In this document: positions 62,819 to 64,000 of the stretch, in pieces
Layout: the number at the start of each line of letters is the position of its first letter
Position numbering within the stretch: position 1 is the first letter of the stretch
Source: Candidatus Undinarchaeota archaeon
Lineage (GTDB): Archaea; SpSt-1190; JASMDC01
DNA: 64,000 nt
Reading direction: 5' to 3'
Assembly (NCBI GenBank): GCA_964519305.1
Contig: CAZFHY010000001.1
Location: forward strand, 474,132-538,131
The notes under the pieces: model-generated
The model's database searches: none
What the model saw: the letters and a program-made list of their open reading frames with translations, nothing else
What the model was told of the DNA's origin: nothing
Position numbers and translations under genes: made by a program

Positions 62819-64000
62819 TCACCGGTGGTGGAGGTATGCATCCATCCACTGGGACCAGTACTGCACCGGGTTCTTCACAGGCACAGGATCTTCATTGTTC
62901 CCGTTTGGCGAGGGATTGCGGCCTTCAGGCAGGGAGAAGAGCTCGTTGTTGTAGAACACCGCCTGCTCCTCCACCATATGAGCCAGATTGCTATCAAGGA
63001 CATCACGGATGACGTCCTCTTCCCCAACGGACTCTAAAAGGCCGATGAGGTACGGAGTGTCCCGGGGCCACACCACGGCCTCGTGGTACTGCTCGTCGCC
63101 GTAGTAGATACGCTCGTCGGAGTCCTTGACCAGGATACCGAAGGCCTTGCCCCCCCGCTCGATTAGCAGGTTGTCACGGGTGGTGTCCCATACCCTGCGC
63201 AGTTCGTCTTTCGAGAAGACATCCGTACCTAGCATGGAAGCAGCGACTACCGCAGGTGAGCCTCGGGTGTCGTCCTTCCGGCCGTTAGCGTCCACCAGGT
63301 TGTAGAGGAACCCTTCCTGGTCGTTCCAGAACACGTCCTTGTAGCTGGCGGTCCCCATAGCGTGAAGGCTCTCGCACCGTTCGGCGAGCTTATCGTCACC
63401 GGCATTGCGCGCCACCTCGGCACCATGGGAGAGCATGGTCAGCCACTGTGCGTTGACCTCTGGAAGGAAATATGAGGGCAGGTAGAACTCGTGCCGCGCC
63501 TGGTCACCGCCAACCTCGCGCACGCGTTCCTCCTCCCATCCGCGCGGGATCCGCTCGGGGAGCATGTGGCCACCCACCCAGCGCTTGGAGTCGGTCCAGG
63601 TGTGCCAGGCAACTGAACGGATGAGACCGTTGTCCGTCACAACGGGTGCCCCGTCCTCGATCCCGGGATCGGCGGCGGAGAACCCGTCAAGAGTTCGTCG
63701 GAGGCTTCCAAGGACCTCCTGTGAGAATGATCGGTCACCGCTGTCCGCAGCGATGCGCAGCCCTGTGTCGATGCACAGGAGCGTGGCGTCCACGGCGTTA
63801 TAGCTCACAGGCTCGCCAGCACGCTCGGGAAGCTTGTTGGGGATGCGACCCGTGTCGTCCTGGAGCTTGAGTCCGGCGCGGACAAGGTCCTTGACGAAGT
63901 CATCGCCCTTGATCGTCCGGTATGTCTCATAGCTCGAGCGGACGCCTTCGTAAGCGTCGCGGAACCAGGCGTTCCTGAACCACCAGCCACCGGCCTCGGG
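62819..64000 (-). CDS. Amylo-alpha-1,6-glucosidase / glycogen-debranching-type six-hairpin glycosidase, 5'-truncated by window edge
   Basis: Frame stays open from 63808 to 64000 (PEAGGWWFRNAWFRD..GRIPNKLP..YNAVDATL); TWTDS, PEVNAQW, YHEAVVWP, ELF, QYWS. Confidence 0.85.
   Translation of the reverse strand, partial: PEAGGWWFRNAWFRDAYEGVRSSYETYRTIKGDDFVKDLVRAGLKLQDDTGRIPNKLPERAGEPVSYNAVDATLLCIDTGLRIAADSGDRSFSQEVLGSLRRTLDGFSAADPGIEDGAPVVTDNGLIRSVAWHTWTDSKRWVGGHMLPERIPRGWEEERVREVGGDQARHEFYLPSYFLPEVNAQWLTMLSHGAEVARNAGDDKLAERCESLHAMGTASYKDVFWNDQEGFLYNLVDANGRKDDTRGSPAVVAASMLGTDVFSKDELRRVWDTTRDNLLIERGGKAFGILVKDSDERIYYGDEQYHEAVVWPRDTPYLIGLLESVGEEDVIRDVLDSNLAHMVEEQAVFYNNELFSLPEGRNPSPNGNNEDPVPVKNPVQYWSQWMDAYLHHR

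Noticed and set aside
63805-63990. Apparent split of the debranching gene near 63808
   Set aside because: The frame is open to 64000; the split is an ORF-caller edge effect.

Overview
A ~60% GC archaeal chromosomal segment. Archaeal markers are gatD/gatE, the uL1-uL10(P0)-P1 stalk operon, class III signal-peptide pilins, PAC2, archease, class I HMG-CoA reductase and BRE/TATA promoters, many apparently leaderless. The lineage cannot be fixed from this window; a DPANN-like origin is only a guess. Housekeeping genes are mixed with several accessory sets: (i) a dispersed alpha-glucan set (GH31, two GH15, a debranching enzyme, GT4, PPi-type PFK, TrmB) with a candidate operator; (ii) a stand-alone T4-type (GH24) lysozyme carrying a lipoprotein signal; (iii) a three-gene unit of a surface protein and two odd radical-SAM fusions; (iv) a 1,712-aa surface protein with ~130 Cys; (v) five tandem GT-C glycosyltransferase paralogs next to a pilin and a polyprenol-P-sugar synthase. 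Several features are absent from the ORF track: an N-terminal Cache-type sensor gene at the left edge, a probable box C/D guide RNA with its own promoter, an uL1-binding operator and a 47-aa membrane microprotein. Also found are a re-started 46-aa Cys-rich microprotein, a 261-bp perfect identity tract between paralogs, and a GH15 whose first two barrel repeats occur in swapped order. No tRNA, rRNA, CRISPR array, transposase or prophage was recognised. All family calls come from motif recognition by eye, not from database searches.
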